Source of the DNA: a virus
Taxonomy: Duplodnaviria > Caudoviricetes
Strand: one strand, 5' to 3'
DNA: 64,000 nt
IMG/VR virus record: IMGVR_UViG_3300043473_000069
Coordinates: 36,669-100,668 of that record
The position numbers were made by a program, and so were the translations under genes. Positions 63,218-64,000 of this stretch are shown here, piece after piece; position 1 is the stretch's first letter; each line of letters starts with the position of its first letter. Below the pieces are notes generated by a model. It made no database searches. It saw only the letters and a program-made list of their open reading frames with translations, and was not told the DNA's origin.

Positions 63218-64000
63218 GTGCAGATCTACTTCGCAGGGGTTGAGTCACCGACGCACTTGTCCTTGCTCAAGGCCTGTGGTGTGGAGCGGGTGGCGGTCAG
63301 CATCAACAACCTGTCTCGCCACACCAAGGCCTATGCCGAGTGGGCCAACAAGCAGCGCCTCGGAGGGCTCGACTGGATCTGCTACGCCGATAGCCCGACA
63401 TGCCCGGTGGACCCAGCGCTGCAGTTGCTGGCAGGTGCCGACGTGCAGTGTGAGTGGGTCGCTGGACCTGAACGGTGGGCCACCGACACCTGGCTCAAGG
63501 ACTCAGATCACGGGTTCCTCCCGATCTGGGACGGCCACGATGCGAGTGTCTTACGGCAGTATGCCGAGGACTATGAGGGAATTGTCCTGCCCGATTCCGT
63601 GGTCGACAACTCGACCGCTGTCCGCACCGCCAAGGCAGCTTTGCCCAGCATGGGGACCCTGGCCGGGCTGACCGGACGCTCCAAGGGCGTGGAGCGCTTC
63701 GACGTGCTCGTATCGAGTGCATGGTGGGCGGTCCAGAAGCATGGCGAAACCCAGGTATGGACTGGCAACAGGCTGGTACGCCTCAACAGCGAGGACAAGC
63801 ACCTCAAGCGGCAGCGCTACGCCGAGGCGATTGCCGCCCTCGGATGCGACGTCTCAGCCGTCCTGGCCGACGACCCGACCGAGACGGTGCGCTGCGCCGT
63901 GCTCTCCTGGATGAAGCTGGAGCAGCACGTCAACGCTCTGGGCAAGCACCCAGTAGTAACTAGCCACCCGTCAGCGCACCCTCCAGCAGTGGTGACGCCG
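63218..64000 (+). CDS. Hypothetical protein, possibly a degenerate TGT-like TIM barrel (3' truncated, not in the ORF track)
   Basis: GTG start giving MQIYFAGVESPTH...; open to the window edge. Confidence 0.55.
   Translation, partial: MQIYFAGVESPTHLSLLKACGVERVAVSINNLSRHTKAYAEWANKQRLGGLDWICYADSPTCPVDPALQLLAGADVQCEWVAGPERWATDTWLKDSDHGFLPIWDGHDASVLRQYAEDYEGIVLPDSVVDNSTAVRTAKAALPSMGTLAGLTGRSKGVERFDVLVSSAWWAVQKHGETQVWTGNRLVRLNSEDKHLKRQRYAEAIAALGCDVSAVLADDPTETVRCAVLSWMKLEQHVNALGKHPVVTSHPSAHPPAVVTP

Noticed and set aside
1-64000. Integrase, transposase, RtcB/RtcA or reverse transcriptase (DGR/retron)
   Set aside because: No such motifs were recognised in any ORF in this window, so lifestyle and RNA-repair partners cannot be determined here.

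Overview
The window is a 64-kb internal segment of a large, high-GC, contractile-tailed (myovirus-like) phage or prophage of an actinobacterial host. The Thr-rich, LPXTG/LAXTG, Rpf and cupredoxin cargo suggests Acidimicrobiia, but that is an inference. Gene order: neck, sheath, tube, tape measure and baseplate (1-19.6 kb); accessory genes including two secreted repeat proteins (20-26.4 kb); replication module with HTH initiator, DnaC-like, DnaB, primase and SNF2 (26.5-32.6 kb); a mostly minus-strand island with a cupredoxin lipoprotein, LPXTG protein, Ro60, five Y RNAs, SLT and Rpf (32.6-38.7 kb); DNA metabolism with SSB, PolA, RecA, nucleases and SpoVS (38.7-49.4 kb); spike, fibres, lysis cassette and unknown genes (49.4-64 kb). 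The standout system is a phage Ro60 (TROVE/Rsr) gene directly preceded by a tandem array of five Y-RNA-like elements. All five share the Ro-binding helix but carry different tRNA-mimic domains. At least two appear to keep intact anticodon loops (Thr-UGU, Pro-UGG), and the last element pairs over the Ro60 ribosome-binding site. A second strong signal is the 9-mer GTATCACAC, found at least 17 times across the window. All calls come from reading the sequence by eye; no searches were run.
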